57,018 nucleotides of DNA from Octopus bimaculoides (GCF_001194135.2 NC_068992.1:14023066-14080083); one strand, 5' to 3'. Counted from the first letter of the stretch, positions 10,905 through 24,526 are shown. Numbers and translations are program-made. The notes: a model not told the origin generated them from the letters alone.

Positions 10905-11380
10905 CTCTAAGCAGACGGCTACCTTAACTGGCAACAAAATGGGAGAATTCCCACTTTTGTTTGTCGAGGGGTGGTGACACTGCTGAAAAAAAGGACCCAA
11001 ACAAGGAGGACGTCGCAGGTGGAGCCTAGTTAGAATTTTCTTCAGGTCGAGTAGCCCATCCCGCTCAAAAGGTCCCTGAGTAAGGGTTTTTTTTAAGGAA
11101 GTTGAGTGAATTATTCAAACCCCAAAGAATTCCTCTCAACACATGGCTAAGATGCTCCCCCACTACTTCTGCTCGTGATCAGAGATGCACATATCGTCAG
11201 CCACCTAGGGACATGCTCAACTGGTTAGGGACAAACAACTGACAAGCAAATCTCTGGTATTAAACAGAATATTTCCTATAGCCCATCTTTTATACCAAGA
11301 CAAAACAATGTACATGATAACACTTCCAATCAATTAAGATCAGAAGCCATGAGAGCCACTGCCTGGCACTGCATCCGGGC
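10905..11380 (-). mobile_element. Non-coding interspersed element within (TAA)n arrays (possible 5' UTR or non-autonomous partner of a TAA-targeting LINE)
   Basis: On the minus strand it starts gcccggatgcagtgccaggcagtggctctc directly after (TAA)n. A second partial copy is at 1881-1984. Confidence 0.65.

Positions 11381-11433
<53 letters not shown>
11381..11433 (+). repeat. (TTA)n microsatellite
   Basis: Seen directly. Confidence 0.95.
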
Positions 11434-12549
11434 GGACATATACTTCCTTGTTCTTAATACGTATTCATGTGTATATTATACGGAATTTTGAATTTTGCAG
11501 TTAATCTCAAATGGTTAGAAGCAACAAAGGGAGAAAGAAAATGAAGGCGAAAGAATACAATATATATTATGCGAATGTATGTGCGTGCATGTATGCTGTG
11601 GATCTCTGTATACGTATGCACACACACTCACACATACACACAAACACACACATATATATTTACATTTAAGTGTAATATATATATATATANNNNNNNNNNN
11701 NNNNNNNNNNNNNNNNNNNNNNNNNNNNNNNNNNNNNNNNNNNNNNNNNNNNNNNNNNNNNNNNNNNNNNNNNNNNNNNNNNNNNNNNNNNNNNNNNNNN
11801 NNNNNNNNNNNNNNNNNNNNNNNNNNNNNNNNNNNNNNNNNNNNNNNNNNNNNNNNNNNNNNNNNNNNNNNNNNNNNNNNNNNNNNNNNNNNNNNNNNNN
11901 NNNNNNNNNNNNNNNNNNNNNNNNNNNNNNNNNNNNNNNNNNNNNNNNNNNNNNNNNNNNNNNNNNNNNNNNNNNNNNNNNNNNNNNNNNNNNNNNNNNN
12001 NNNNNNNNNNNNNNNNNNNNNNNNNNNNNNNNNNNNNNNNNNNNNNNNNNNNNNNNNNNNNNNNNNNNNNNNNNNNNNNNNNNNNNNNNNNNNNNNNNNN
12101 NNNNNNNNNNNNNNNNNNNNNNNNNNNNNNNNNNNNNNNNNNNNNNNNNNNNNNNNNNNNNNNNNNNNNNNNNNNNNNNNNNNNNNNNNNNNNNNNNNNN
12201 NNNNNNNNNNNNNNNNNNNNNNNNNNNNNNNNNNNNNNNNNNNNNNNNNNNNNNNNNNNNNNNNNNNNNNNNNNNNNNNNNNNNNNNNNNNNNNNNNNNN
12301 NNNNNNNNNNNNNNNNNNNNNNNNNNNNNNNNNNNNNNNNNNNNNNNNNNNNNNNNNNNNNNNNNNNNNNNNNNNNNNNNNNNNNNNNNNNNNNNNNNNN
12401 NNNNNNNNNNNNNNNNNNNNNNNNNNNNNNNNNNNNNNNNNNNNNNNNNNNNNNNNNNNNNNNNNNNNNNNNNNNNNNNNNNNNNNNNNNNNNNNNNNNN
12501 NNNNNNNNNNNNNNNNNNNNNNNNNNNNNNNNNNNNNNNNNNNNNNNNN

Positions 12550-12586
<37 letters not shown>

Positions 12587-12589
12587 GTG

Positions 12590-12804
12590 TATGTTTGTGT
12601 GCCTGTGTTTGTCCCCCCTAGCATTGCTTGACAATTGATGCTGGTGTGTTTACGTCCCCGTCACTTAGAGGTTCGGCAACATAGACCGATAAAATAAGTA
12701 CTAGGCTTACAAAGAATAAGTCTTGGGGTCGATTTGCTCGACTAAAGGTGGTGCTCCAGCGTGGCCTCAGTGAAATGACTGAAACAGATAAAAGAGTAAA
12801 AGAG
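12590..12804 (+). mobile_element. SINE family B, 3' part, after (GT)n
   Basis: Family B consensus motifs. Confidence 0.85.
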
Positions 12805-13274
12805 TGCAACTTAGATCTAAAATATTCTTCACCTCAAATGTTTATCATTTTTACGACACGCAAAACATATATAACGGATATACATTGATACGTAAATCAT
12901 ATAAGACGATCGTTCTCTTTCTCATGTACTAACTCTGTCGTTTAACGTTCACCATGCCTATACGAATGTATATGGATGCCTGTGGAAGCTCTTTTGAAGT
13001 AGATAAGCTGTTTTCCATTCCAATCTACCCTCTGCGCACGACCGCTGGTTAATTACGGTAACGATAGCCGATTTGGGATATAACATTTTGGCATTGTCGT
13101 AGCAGTCGTTGTGGTCACCATTCAAAGGACCAGAACAGGTTCCACAAGATATCTTACTTAATTCTTTAACAGTTTTTTCAAGACATTACTGTGAATTAGT
13201 ATATTTTTATCAACCGTGAACAAATGAGGGGCAAAGCTGATCTCACGTAATATGAACTAAGAGCGTGGTGACTC

Positions 13275-14344
13275 AAAACAAGGTCAGCAATTTTGATGGG
13301 AGTAGGTGATTCAATTACATCACCACCATTATTTGACTGATACTTTATTCTATCGACCCCGAGAATATGAAAGATAAAGGTGAACTCGGCAGAATTTGAA
13401 TTCTGAATTTTATGTGCGTAAAGCATTTTGTCTGAAGAGCTAACGATTTTGCCATCTCACAGTATTAGATGGAGCAAATAATCCTTTCTACTGAAGGCAC
13501 AAGGCCTGACAGTTTGGGGAAGGGAGGCTAATGTTTTACATCGACTACAGTGCTTAACCTATATTTATTTTATCAACCCCGAAAGGGTGAAGGATAAAGT
13601 TAACGCCGGAAGAAATGCTGTTATGCATTTTATCCGTCGCACTAACTATTTCGTCAGATCGATGCGTTAGTCGGAACAAATAATGGTTATAAATTTTGGT
13701 ACAAGGCCAGCAATTCGGTGAAAGGGGGTAAGTCGATTACATCGACCCAAGTGCTGAACTGGTACTTATTTTATCGACACCGAAATGGTGAAAGACAAAA
13801 TCGCCCTCGGCAGAATTTGATCTCCGAACGTAAGGACGGACAGGTGAAATGAGGTTAAGCATTTTGCCCGGCGTGCTAACGGTCCTGCCAGGTCGCCAAT
13901 ATATTAGGAACAAAAAAATATTTTCTACTATAGGCACAAGGCCCGAATTTTTGGGGGGAGAGGGGCCAGTCGATTAGACCGACCTCAGTTCGCAACTGGT
14001 ACTTATTTTATAGACACCGAAATGGTGAAAGGCAAAGTCGACCTCGGTGGAATCTGGACTCAGAACGTAGCGGGAGACGAAATACTGCTAAGCATTTCGC
14101 CAAACGTACTAACATTTCTTATTTCATTATTGCCCACAAGGGGCTAAACATAGAGGGTACAAACAAGGACAGACAAATGGATTAAATCGACTCCAGTGCG
14201 TAACTGGTACTTAATTTATCGACCCCGAAAGAACGAAAGGCAAAGTCGACCTCTGCGGAATTTGAACTCACAACGTAACGGCAGACGAAATACCACTAAA
14301 CATTTTACCCGGCGTGCTAACGTTTCTGCCAGCTCACCGCCTTA
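13275..14344 (-). mobile_element. Cluster of five co-oriented family A SINEs (about 13275-13465, 13483-13667, 13685-13900, 13920-14118, 14120-14344)
   Basis: Each has the atcgacccc/accgaaa..gaaaggcaaagtcgacctcgg..atttgaactc core. Confidence 0.85.
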
Positions 14345-15086
14345 TAGTCGGAACAAATAATGCGAGGCATTTTATCCTATAATGTAATCCTGCTATCAAT
14401 TTGCTGCCTTTCTTTTCTATGCAAATAAAAGAAAAACAAGCCTTTGCAATGTATACAAAGCGAACGCTGTATGCTCGACAGACTATAATGATTTGTCTAC
14501 TCCACAGCGACAATACTATCTAAGCTCTTCACATACATATTATATGCGTGTTCACGTGCTCCATATAACTGTCCCTATTCGCAGGTTCACATTCCAGAAT
14601 TGAGGAAAGAAATGCAGATGTCGACAGTTATGTACCGCCCCCGCCCCCCCCCCNNNNNNNNNNCCACCCCCAATATAATACCGTCTTCTAGTGAAAAACT
14701 AAATTAAAACTCTAACAGACAATAATTTTATTTGAAAAGAGAACAATATTTTTTTAGTGACTTTGGAATTGAAAATAAAGTTCAAGATTTTAAGCCATAA
14801 AACCTATGTGTAATAATGACATGCATTTTTAACAAGTTGGTAATTAAAATTTTCTCTGAAAGGGAATCATTATATTGCAGTGCAAGCTACTTAAAATAAA
14901 TCGCATAGAGAGGATGATAATTGAAACAGAAAAGCACAAACACCTATATGCATATATATACACACACAGACACACATACCCACACACACATATACATATA
15001 TATATACCATGTGTATATATATGTACGTGTGCATATATATCATCACACAGATACAGACACACGCACACACGCGTATATATATGTAT

Positions 15087-15142
<56 letters not shown>

Positions 15143-16720
15143 ATAGATAGATAGATATATACATACATATCTGTGTGTGTGCGCCCGCGTGTATTCACAC
15201 ACATACACGTACTCATACACATTCAAACTTACAGTCACATGCGTATATGTATGTTGTTGCAAACTTAAATTAAATGTATGCGAATCCTGCATCAACTTTT
15301 TTTTAGTTTGAATTAAAATTAGCCACTTATACATATTCAAATGAATATGCTAATATATTTTTCCCAATATATTTAGTTGATAAAATTTTCCATCATTATA
15401 ACGTAAGGGTACAAATAGATAGCTAGCTACCTAGATAGACACAGACAGACAGATAGATAGATAGATAGATAGATACATACATACATACATACATACATAC
15501 ATACATACATACATAGAAAAATAGTCATATTCATGCATACATACATTTTATATAGTCTGTGTCAGGTCTCTTATCTGCCATTCTCTCTTTCTTGTTCATC
15601 CTTCTCTCTCTCTCTCTCTCTCTTTCACCTCTATATATATGTGTGGGGGAGTATACATATATCTATATATGTATATACATTTATAATATATTTCTATGTA
15701 CATTCACTACATACACACACAATATATATATACATATACCAATATATATATAAAATATATATATTNNNNNNNNNNNNNNNNNNNNNNNNNNNNNNNNNNN
15801 NNNNNNNNNNNNNNNNNNNNNNNNNNNNNNNNNNNNNNNNNNNNNNNNNNNNNNNNNNNNNNNNNNNNNNNNNNNNNNNNNNNNNNNNNNNNNNNNNNNN
15901 NNNNNNNNNNNNNNNNNNNNNNNNNNNNNNNNNNNNNNNNNNNNNNNNNNNNNNNNNNNNNNNNNNNNNNNNNNNNNNNNNNNNNNNNNNNNNNNNNNNN
16001 NNNNNNNNNNNNNNNNNNNNNNNNNNNNNNNNNNNNNNNNNNNNNNNNNNNNNNNNNNNNNNNNNNNNNNNNNNNNNNNNNNNNNNNNNNNNNNNNNNNN
16101 NNNNNNNNNNNNNNNNNNNNNNNNNNNNNNNNNNNNNNNNNNNNNNNNNNNNNNNNNNNNNNNNNNNNNNNNNNNNNNNNNNNNNNNNNNNNNNNNNNNN
16201 NNNNNNNNNNNNNNNNNNNNNNNNNNNNNNNNNNNNNNNNNNNNNNNNNNNNNNNNNNNNNNNNNNNNNNNNNNNNNNNNNNNNNNNNNNNNNNNNNNNN
16301 NNNNNNNNNNNNNNNNNNNNNNNNNNNNNNNNNNNNNNNNNNNNNNNNNNNNNNNNNNNNNNNNNNNNNNNNNNNNNNNNNNNNNNNNNNNNNNNNNNNN
16401 NNNNNNNNNNNNNNNNNNNNNNNNNNNNNNNNNNNNNNNNNNNNNNNNNNNNNNNNNNNNNNNNNNNNNNNNNNNNNNNNNNNNNNNNNNNNNNNNNNNN
16501 NNNNNNNNNNNNNNNNNNNNNNNNNNNNNNNNNNNNNNNNNNNNNNNNNNNNNNNNNNNNNNNNNNNNNNNNNNNNNNNNNNNNNNNNNNNNNNNNNNNN
16601 NNNNNNNNNNNNNNNNNNNNNNNNNNNNNNNNNNNNNNNNNNNNNNNNNNNNNNNNNNNNNNNNNNNNNNNNNNNNNNNNNNNNNNNNNNNNNNNNNNNN
16701 NNNNNNNNNNNNNNNNNNNN

Positions 16721-16812
16721 AAGAAGAAGAAGAAGAAGAAGAAGAAGAAGAAGAAGAAGAAGAAGAAGAAGAAGAAGAAGAAGAAGAAGAAGAAGAAGAA
16801 GAAGAAGAAGAA
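16721..16812 (+). repeat. Pure (AAG)n of about 30 units, bordering a gap
   Basis: Seen directly. Confidence 0.95.
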
Positions 16813-16965
16813 ATGAGAGAAGTAGGTAGAGGGAATATGAACAGAAGTGTGAAACAAAATAAAATCGAAGACAAACAGAAGTATCTAACAGTCAAATTTT
16901 GAGAAAAAAAGAACATTGGACAAAATCTAAATAAAATGCATCAAAATATAACACTAAACACACAC

Positions 16966-17007
<42 letters not shown>

Positions 17008-17363
17008 ACATATATATATATAAAATACATAATATACATATATTTAGAATATATATACGTACACATGTATATATATGAATATAGATTTGTCATGGTTTTT
17101 TGTTAAACATATACGTATTTTTTTTATTGAATACCTATTTGTATTATTCTGATTCACACAACACTTATTTGTATAATACTAATTGTATATATCACGTCTA
17201 TATTTAGAACTCTCCGACTGACAATCACCTCAGTTTTGTTTTTATAGTACAAGTCTTCGTGACTATTTTTTCTAAAACTGTATTCCACTTAATTATATTA
17301 CAACTTCTTCAGCTAGCTACATCTGCATACACACACCTCACATACAAACACAGTTGCCCGTAT

Positions 17364-17407
<44 letters not shown>

Positions 17408-17484
17408 ATGTATATGTATGTATGAATATGTATGTATATGTGTACGTGTGTATATATATGTGTGCGTGTGTATATATATATGTC

Positions 17485-17530
<46 letters not shown>

Positions 17531-18802
17531 CAGATAGATAAATACACAGACATATAAATATATATACCGATACGTATAGGGACAGAGATGGCCAAACCAA
17601 AATGTGCGAGATAGAGGCACATAATATTTTTGGAAAGTCAATGATAGCGTCAGGGTGTGAAAGAAACAGAGAGTGAAAATCGAAAGAATGGGAAGAGAAC
17701 TTTATTAGTTCTTTCTTTCCTTATATTCTGGAACAGAATTGAATAAAAGAACCAACTATTTGAGGTAGCCATAAACTGTTCCACAATATAGATTTTACAC
17801 TTCCGTTCTTTTTTTAAAATTTCGCTTTGAAATTAACTTTCATGACCGCCATTTTAGATGTATGATTCCCATACTTCGTCGAACATTTTTATATAAAATT
17901 ACAAGGAATTTAATTGTCAGCAAAGATTCCACTTCATAAATGGCTTCGATGATAAAGAGTATTTGTGTCTTTAAATATCCTTTCAAGTGATTCGTACATT
18001 TTGCCCTAAACGATACTGCGATCCGAAACATAATAAATATTGTGCCCTTTTCTTGGTTATTTATCATTGGTAGAGCAACAATTACAATTCTGTTAAGTTC
18101 ATAGATAAACCTGAATACCCAGACAATGTTTCATCAATATATGTTTGTACGTGTAGTATCGCCTTCAACGGTATATAATAGAATGCAAACTATATAAGTC
18201 GGGTTTATTTTACCACATAACGATGAATCTCTCGTTCTAAATAACGTTCTATGTTTGGAAATATTAATTCTATATTTTCATATTCAACCTCGTCTTCATT
18301 TTTATATTCCTTATGTTTGGACTTGCTGTGAGTTAACGTTTGCGAATTCATAAAGAGAATCAAGGGCGCTAGTATGTGAAATTACAAAAAAAACATCTTC
18401 CAATCATTTTGTTAACCACCGAATGCAGGTATCCTTGAAATGTAATTTAAAAGCCAATAGGCCACGATTTAGTGATATTTTGATATACCTAGTAAGTACA
18501 TCACCAAAGCACGTTTCTTTGTTACCCCGTTTTCAGGCAGTATAGAGAGAAATGTAACTAAATGATGCTGCCGTCTTAGCAACAGAAACTCTTTAAATGG
18601 TGCTTCTTAACCCATGTGCAATATTTCCCCTTCCTGAACTACTTCACATAGTTCAGAATTTCAAAACTCCTAAAATATTGCTTGTTTCATTGCTACAAGT
18701 TATCTCCCTTCTATGAACTCCCATACGACCTTTAGCCATTTCTTTATCTACACATTAGAAGCGTTTCAGTCCAATTTCTCAATTTTCATAATATTTGTCG
18801 AT

Positions 18803-19025
18803 ATAAGGTGGCGAGCAGGCAGAAATATTAGCACACCGGGCGAAATGCTTAGCGGTATTTCGTCTGTTTTTACGTTCTGAGTTCAAATTCCACCGAGGTT
18901 GACTTTGCCTTTCATCCTTTCGGGGTCGATAAAACAAGCACCAGTTGCATACTGCGGTCGATCTAATCAACTGACCTCCTCCCCCAAACATTTCGGGCCT
19001 TGTGCCTAGAGTAGAAAAGAGTATT
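18803..19025 (+). mobile_element. SINE family A, well preserved
   Basis: A-box-like ggtggcgagcaggcaga, B-box-like gagttcaaattc, core gcctttcatcctttcggggtcgataaaa. Confidence 0.9.
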
Positions 19026-19087
19026 TGTAGATACAACATGGATAACTGTTATACACAATATTGCCCATTATCGTTACTTTCATTAAT

Positions 19088-19305
19088 AAAGCAGTGAGCT
19101 GGCAGAATTGTTAGCACGTCGGGCAAAATGCTTTGTGCATTTCGTCCGTTTTACGTTCTGAGTTCAAATTCCGCCGTGGTTGACTTTGCCTTTCATTCTT
19201 CGGGTCGATAAAATAAATACCAGTTGAGTACTTGGGTCGATATGATTCAGTTATCCCATCCCCCGAAGTCGCTGGCCTTGTGCCAAAATTTGAAATCAAC
19301 ATTAT
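19088..19305 (+). mobile_element. SINE family A
   Basis: Same head and core; tail gccttgtgccaaaatttgaaa. Confidence 0.9.
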
Positions 19306-21229
19306 TATCACTGATATTGCGTAACTTGTGCTGTAACCGTTTACGAATATGCCTTTTGATATATGCCGTCTCTTTTGATTCTGTTGTTTTATTGGTACTA
19401 TCAATGTTATTTCTGTTCTTACTTTTAGCTGCCTTATTGCTATTGTTGATGTTAAACTCCAGGTTAGCTGTGACTGAACAGATGTATAGTGAATGTCGTT
19501 CAAACTCCGACCAACCTGTTTTCTATTCTGTTACGTACGTTGCATCCTACATCAGATACCATGCCATTTTGAGGATGATGCAGCTTTTAAATTTGGCAGG
19601 TCGAACAACAATGATGAAGATCCATCGTTTGACATGATATTGATACGGTTTTTGTTACAATAAGTAACATTTATTAATACTTACAAATATTAGAACAACT
19701 ATTTGTAAATCATTACGATATTAAAAGCAAACTCTAACTTTCTAGCACTGGTAAACAATTTCCAAAACACTTGATTTGCGATTTCAAAACAAAAGACTAC
19801 ACGTCGAATACAGCTGAAGCATTTGACTTCATTAAAATATTGAAATATTGCTGACTTTATAAAAATATTAAATACAGAATTAGACACATAAATATAAACT
19901 TTAAACTCACTTACTAAACCCAAAATAGTCTCCATGAAGTAGTATTTTACAAAGCCATTAAGGCAATTCCCACCAATTTGTATTCAATATGCCCAAAACA
20001 TCTCTCTAAAATTTAATAGATTTTCATCAGAATGGTGATTTAACTAATGTTCAACGATAACCTTCATCTCTAAGAACGGACTCAACAAAGCTACAAAATT
20101 TGGTGTCCGATTAATTGTTAAATATCAACTCTAGACGAATAATACGTAAAATCTGCCACAACAGAGAACGAAAATGTTTTCTATTGAAATCCGTCAGCTA
20201 GTTTATCTAATGAACAAGCCGTTCACTCGATACAGCAACAACGTCATTTGCAATAGTAAAGTTGCGATAAATCGACCGATCTGGTAAAATCAAGACTATA
20301 TATCTTGTTTGTAACTAATAATAATTTAACCTCGGAACGTTCAAATGTATAAAGTCTGAGGATGCAAAGACATGTAAATAAAAACAAGGTTTGTTTTTAG
20401 ACTTGGGAAAAGGCAGTGGCCATGACTCTTTACGGGCCTATGAGGGTGGTGGGAAGGAGGAAGCTATTTTTAAAGAGAAGACCTGTCTCCAAACTTTTTC
20501 AACAGAAATTCGCATGCAGTGGTGCTAAACTGGAAATTTTCGGTCAACCACCCAATCGTAAATAACAAATTCTGCTACGTTTCAGAAATATTTTTCAAAA
20601 ATTTATCATGTAATATTTCTTCCATCGTTTCTTTACTTTCTTGTTTGGTTATTTGCTTTTGGTGTATTTTTATTTTCCTACTAAAATCTGACCTCAATTC
20701 TTCAGAGTAGAAACCTGCAATAATGACCTTGTTTTATAAAAAGAAAATCACTTCCAAAACCATGACATTTCTTTTTAATACCACGCAATGCAAGCATCAC
20801 GAAGCCGTCGACTATTCGTTGCAACACGCAAACTTCTGACACTTCGTTTCACCGATTTCTTGAACCAAATCAAAGAAAAAAAAAAGAGAAAATCCCATAA
20901 TCCAAAACATAAACATGATTACAATCTAAGATTTAACATAGTCTACTAAGTTGGGAAGCAAATTCTTTGGATATAGTTCTGGCAAATTCTTGGAATACAG
21001 TATTATTTTGTTTTCATTTTCATTTTTAGTTTTATATGTTAAAGTCTTCTCTGTCTGCTACGTTGAACTAAATTTTCTCTCGATATATATTTTTCGTTTT
21101 GTAATGTTTAATACATTTCTACATTTCTACATTCTGTATGTTTCTGATGCGTAAATAACCATAAGGTATTTTATATTAACGGAGAATAGTCACATCTAAA
21201 AGCAGATACTTTCATTCACAGGAACCTAA

Positions 21230-22120
21230 AACAACTTCACCTAAATCTTCAGCTGCGCGTTTTCCATCCTTATATATTGTAACACCCGCAAACTTTGCAA
21301 TACACTTCGCACAGAAGAAACGGGATGCTGTCTTGTTCACTTTCGTGAACGGATTCTGAGCATACTACCGTGGGATCTGAGCCCACTTGTCACTACACCC
21401 TGCGAGCCATCAGGATATTCACATCTCTGCACATCACGGATTGGCATACTTAATTAAATAGATCAGTCGTGTCAAACTCGGAACCCTCTCACTAATGATT
21501 CAAATGAATATTTTTACTCTTACTCCGTGAGCCACACTTAGTTTAGTAATTCCTTTCTTAACCTTCAACTCCATTCACACCTGAAATTTTCTTTCCACTT
21601 CACCCTTGCCTGCTTTTCTTCTTCTCTTTCTTCATTTTCTTTTCCTTTTCATTTTCTCATCCAGATTATTTGTCCTCTTGTCAAGATATGTAAGCTCAGG
21701 TTGTCTTGTGTCTCCCATAAGTTGCAAGCATAGAAAATCTAAAACTCTGCTGTCATATCTGTACTGAAGACATGTGAAATTGGATTTTGTATTATTAACA
21801 AACCATTTAAATCTACACTACGCGATCCCAGTTTGGTCACTGAAAATATCTGTGGCAGTTACTGCATTTCTAGCTGGATTATTAGCCAGGGATTCCCAAA
21901 CTCATAATTGTTCTTTATCCGACAAGACAGCTAATTTAGATCCAGATTCTAGTTGAAGTCCCTATCACTTGAGATAACCTCAATTCTAGCAAATGTTCTC
22001 GGTTGGTATCTCAAGAAGCAGTTTCTACCTAATTGCAAAAGACAATTGCTCACCTAGTTTTCAAGACGTCTAGTAATCTCCAACTCAATGTAGACCCATA
22101 AAAGATCAGAACAAAGTTTT
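21230..22120 (-). mobile_element. Probable internally deleted piggyBac transposase relic
   Basis: N-terminal-like frame GLQLESGS..VWESL..DIFSDQTG..KSNFTCL (about 21960-21650) and a C-terminal cysteine-rich-like NKTASRFFCAKC/KVCGC (about 21340-21280). No DDD core or TIR is visible. Confidence 0.4.
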
Positions 22121-22254
22121 CTAAATCGAACTCTAGCGCGCCTAGCATTTACTCGTTCACTAAACCCACTCTCCTTTGTAACAATTACATTAGTTTCGAT
22201 TTACCAAGTCTACTGCTAATATATTTACAGACCGCATTCACTGTAGAAATTATA

Positions 22255-22790
22255 TTTTAGGTAACGGCTTTAATGACCACTTTATTGAGAAGTTATGGCA
22301 TAAACGGTTACTCCGTACACTGATCGACTGTAACACAAGTAATGGAATCTTTTTCACCATCAGCTCATTCCTAACAGGAACAGATATGAAAATTATTATC
22401 AACAGCATGTTCTCTGGATATTATTAAATCAGTGAAGGCATGCAACATGTTTCTCTCCAAGCAACTACCTTCTCCCTACTGTTCATTAATGATTTATCTC
22501 ACAAAATAACAACTTCTATCATTGATAGTAATAAAAACGCCCTTTCCATTTTCACATCTAAGAACGTACAATCAGCTAAAGTTGTCATGTTGATTGGTCG
22601 TAATTTTACATCTCAACGATGATTGGCCACAAGGATCAGTAAGAATATTTAAGACACAAAGTGGGGTTGCTTTTCACAGTATCTCTGACTGCTGGATATA
22701 ACAGTCAGATCCTATTCAAATTACACCCTAAAGAAGGATATACTAGAAATTGTGGGCAAATATAACAGACTGGTAAGTCCTTGTATAATT
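22255..22790 (+). mobile_element. Degenerate CR1/L2/Jockey-type reverse transcriptase fragment
   Basis: EKLWHKRLL..ISSFLTG..I.INS..ISEG.Q..SL.AT.F.LFINDL matches the RT pattern DKVWH..ISSFL.GR..GVPQGS.L.P.LFLLFINDL. LKKDILE follows near 22730. Confidence 0.6.
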
Positions 22791-24394
22791 TTCAGTTTAG
22801 GAGTGACAGTAACTAACAAAATTAGAACGTTTAATATTATTACAAGGCGACAAGTTTTCACGGGTGTGAGTAGGAGTTTATTGTTGATTTAATATTGGAA
22901 GACTCGTGTTTCTATAATCCATTATGTTGTGTGGATGAAATCGGAAGTCAGCTTAGGTGCGATTAGAGCTTAGAAGATTGGGATAGAATATAAAAGGCTG
23001 CTCGTCCTACCCCATCATGTCGTCCTCGCATTTAATGTAAGTTAGCACAAGAGAGTATGTCCTGCCGATTTTAAGTGGAAGAAAATGAGTAAATATTCAT
23101 AATAAAGGGGATTTCTTTCAGTTTTAGATAATGTACTTTTTCTTGTTTTATTTTCCTTAATGTTACCTTTTACGTCGTCTTTGTTTTCTGTGCTTTTTCA
23201 AACATTTATCGCAATCTATATAATCCAAGATCAGAATGGAAATTTTTGTCTTATTGAAGAATTAATCTACAAGTGTGTGTGTGACCGATAATATTTTCAG
23301 CAGGAGACAAAAAAAAATGGTAAAAAGAAATAATAATTCCGGAAATTGATATGTAAATTATCCAGCATTATTATACGCACTTCGAATTTACATAGCCGCT
23401 TTTTTCTTTCTTTTTATTTAATATTTAACGAAACAGTTATCATTCTTAAACCCGTTGTAAACAATAGACATTCACTTCCAAGTAACTTTTCTATAGTCTT
23501 TTACATATTTTACAGCAACAACAACTATCAGAATAACAACAAAATAAATACTAGAGAAATTTCTATAAAAACAAACAGCAAAAAGAAATCGTTTGGAAAG
23601 GAAATAATAATTAATACATAATATATATTTTGTGAACAGCAGAAACTCCTTTTATTCGAACTAGGGAATTATACGGATCAGATTATAATGTCAATGCATT
23701 GTACTAAAAAGAATTATGTTTGGTGCGAAAAGTTGATTATATCACGGTTGAATAAATGTTTTCCAGGACAGATTTCAAAATGTAGTTACACAACCACCTC
23801 CATGTCTTCAGTAAGCCGTCATCCTCAAACAAATCTATTTATGTGTGTATGGTGTGTGTTTGTGTGTGTATTAAGTACAAATATGCAAATAATACAACTA
23901 ATATTGATAATAATATATAAATAAATAAATAAAGCCGAGTAATATAATGTAATAAATAAATAATACACTTTAGACTGTCTTGTTAATATTCATTTATTTA
24001 TTTGCAAAGTTTGATAGAGAAGAAGGAGAGAAATGCTGAGTGAAGAGAAAACACACAATAAGCCTTTATTTATTTCTATGAATATCGTATTTTGGGAAGG
24101 TGGGTGTGTCGGAGGGGTTGAAGAGTAAAAAAAGAGCAAACACACATAAGCATGTACACGCATACATGCACACACGCATGCATATATATATGCATAAAGA
24201 TATATATATATGTGTCTGTGCGTGTGTGTGTGTGTGTGTACATATATATATGTATATATGTATGTAAGTATATGTGTATATGTTCATTTGTGAGTGTATA
24301 CATGTATGTATGCATACATGTATGTTTGCACGTATATGTACAGCTATCTATGTATATATGTGTACGTATATATACATATATTTACATATGTATG

Positions 24395-24431
<37 letters not shown>

Positions 24432-24475
24432 GTGTATATAATTGTATATATATATATATATATATNNNNNNNNNN

Positions 24476-24526
<51 letters not shown>

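Noticed and set aside
12961-13185. 75-codon stop-free minus frame (..CGTCSGPLNGDHNDC..)
   Set aside because: There is no usable splice acceptor in frame and no recognised motif; this length is expected by chance in 57 kb.
13275-14361. CRISPR-like repeat-spacer array
   Set aside because: The DNA is eukaryotic, the intervening units are homologous SINEs, and there are no cas genes.
14636-14670. C-run as a GC-box or G-quadruplex
   Set aside because: It is interrupted by an N-gap, so the true sequence is unknown.
18803-18895. SINE heads as functional tRNA genes
   Set aside because: They have A and B boxes but no cloverleaf, and continue into SINE bodies.
19224-19637. 137-aa ORF with a hydrophobic stretch
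   Set aside because: It starts inside a SINE, has AT-rich low complexity, and has no recognisable family or convincing splice pair.
19900-20330. Faint Penelope RT resemblance (FNDNL..ATKFG)
   Set aside because: It needs several frameshifts and is too weak without a profile search.
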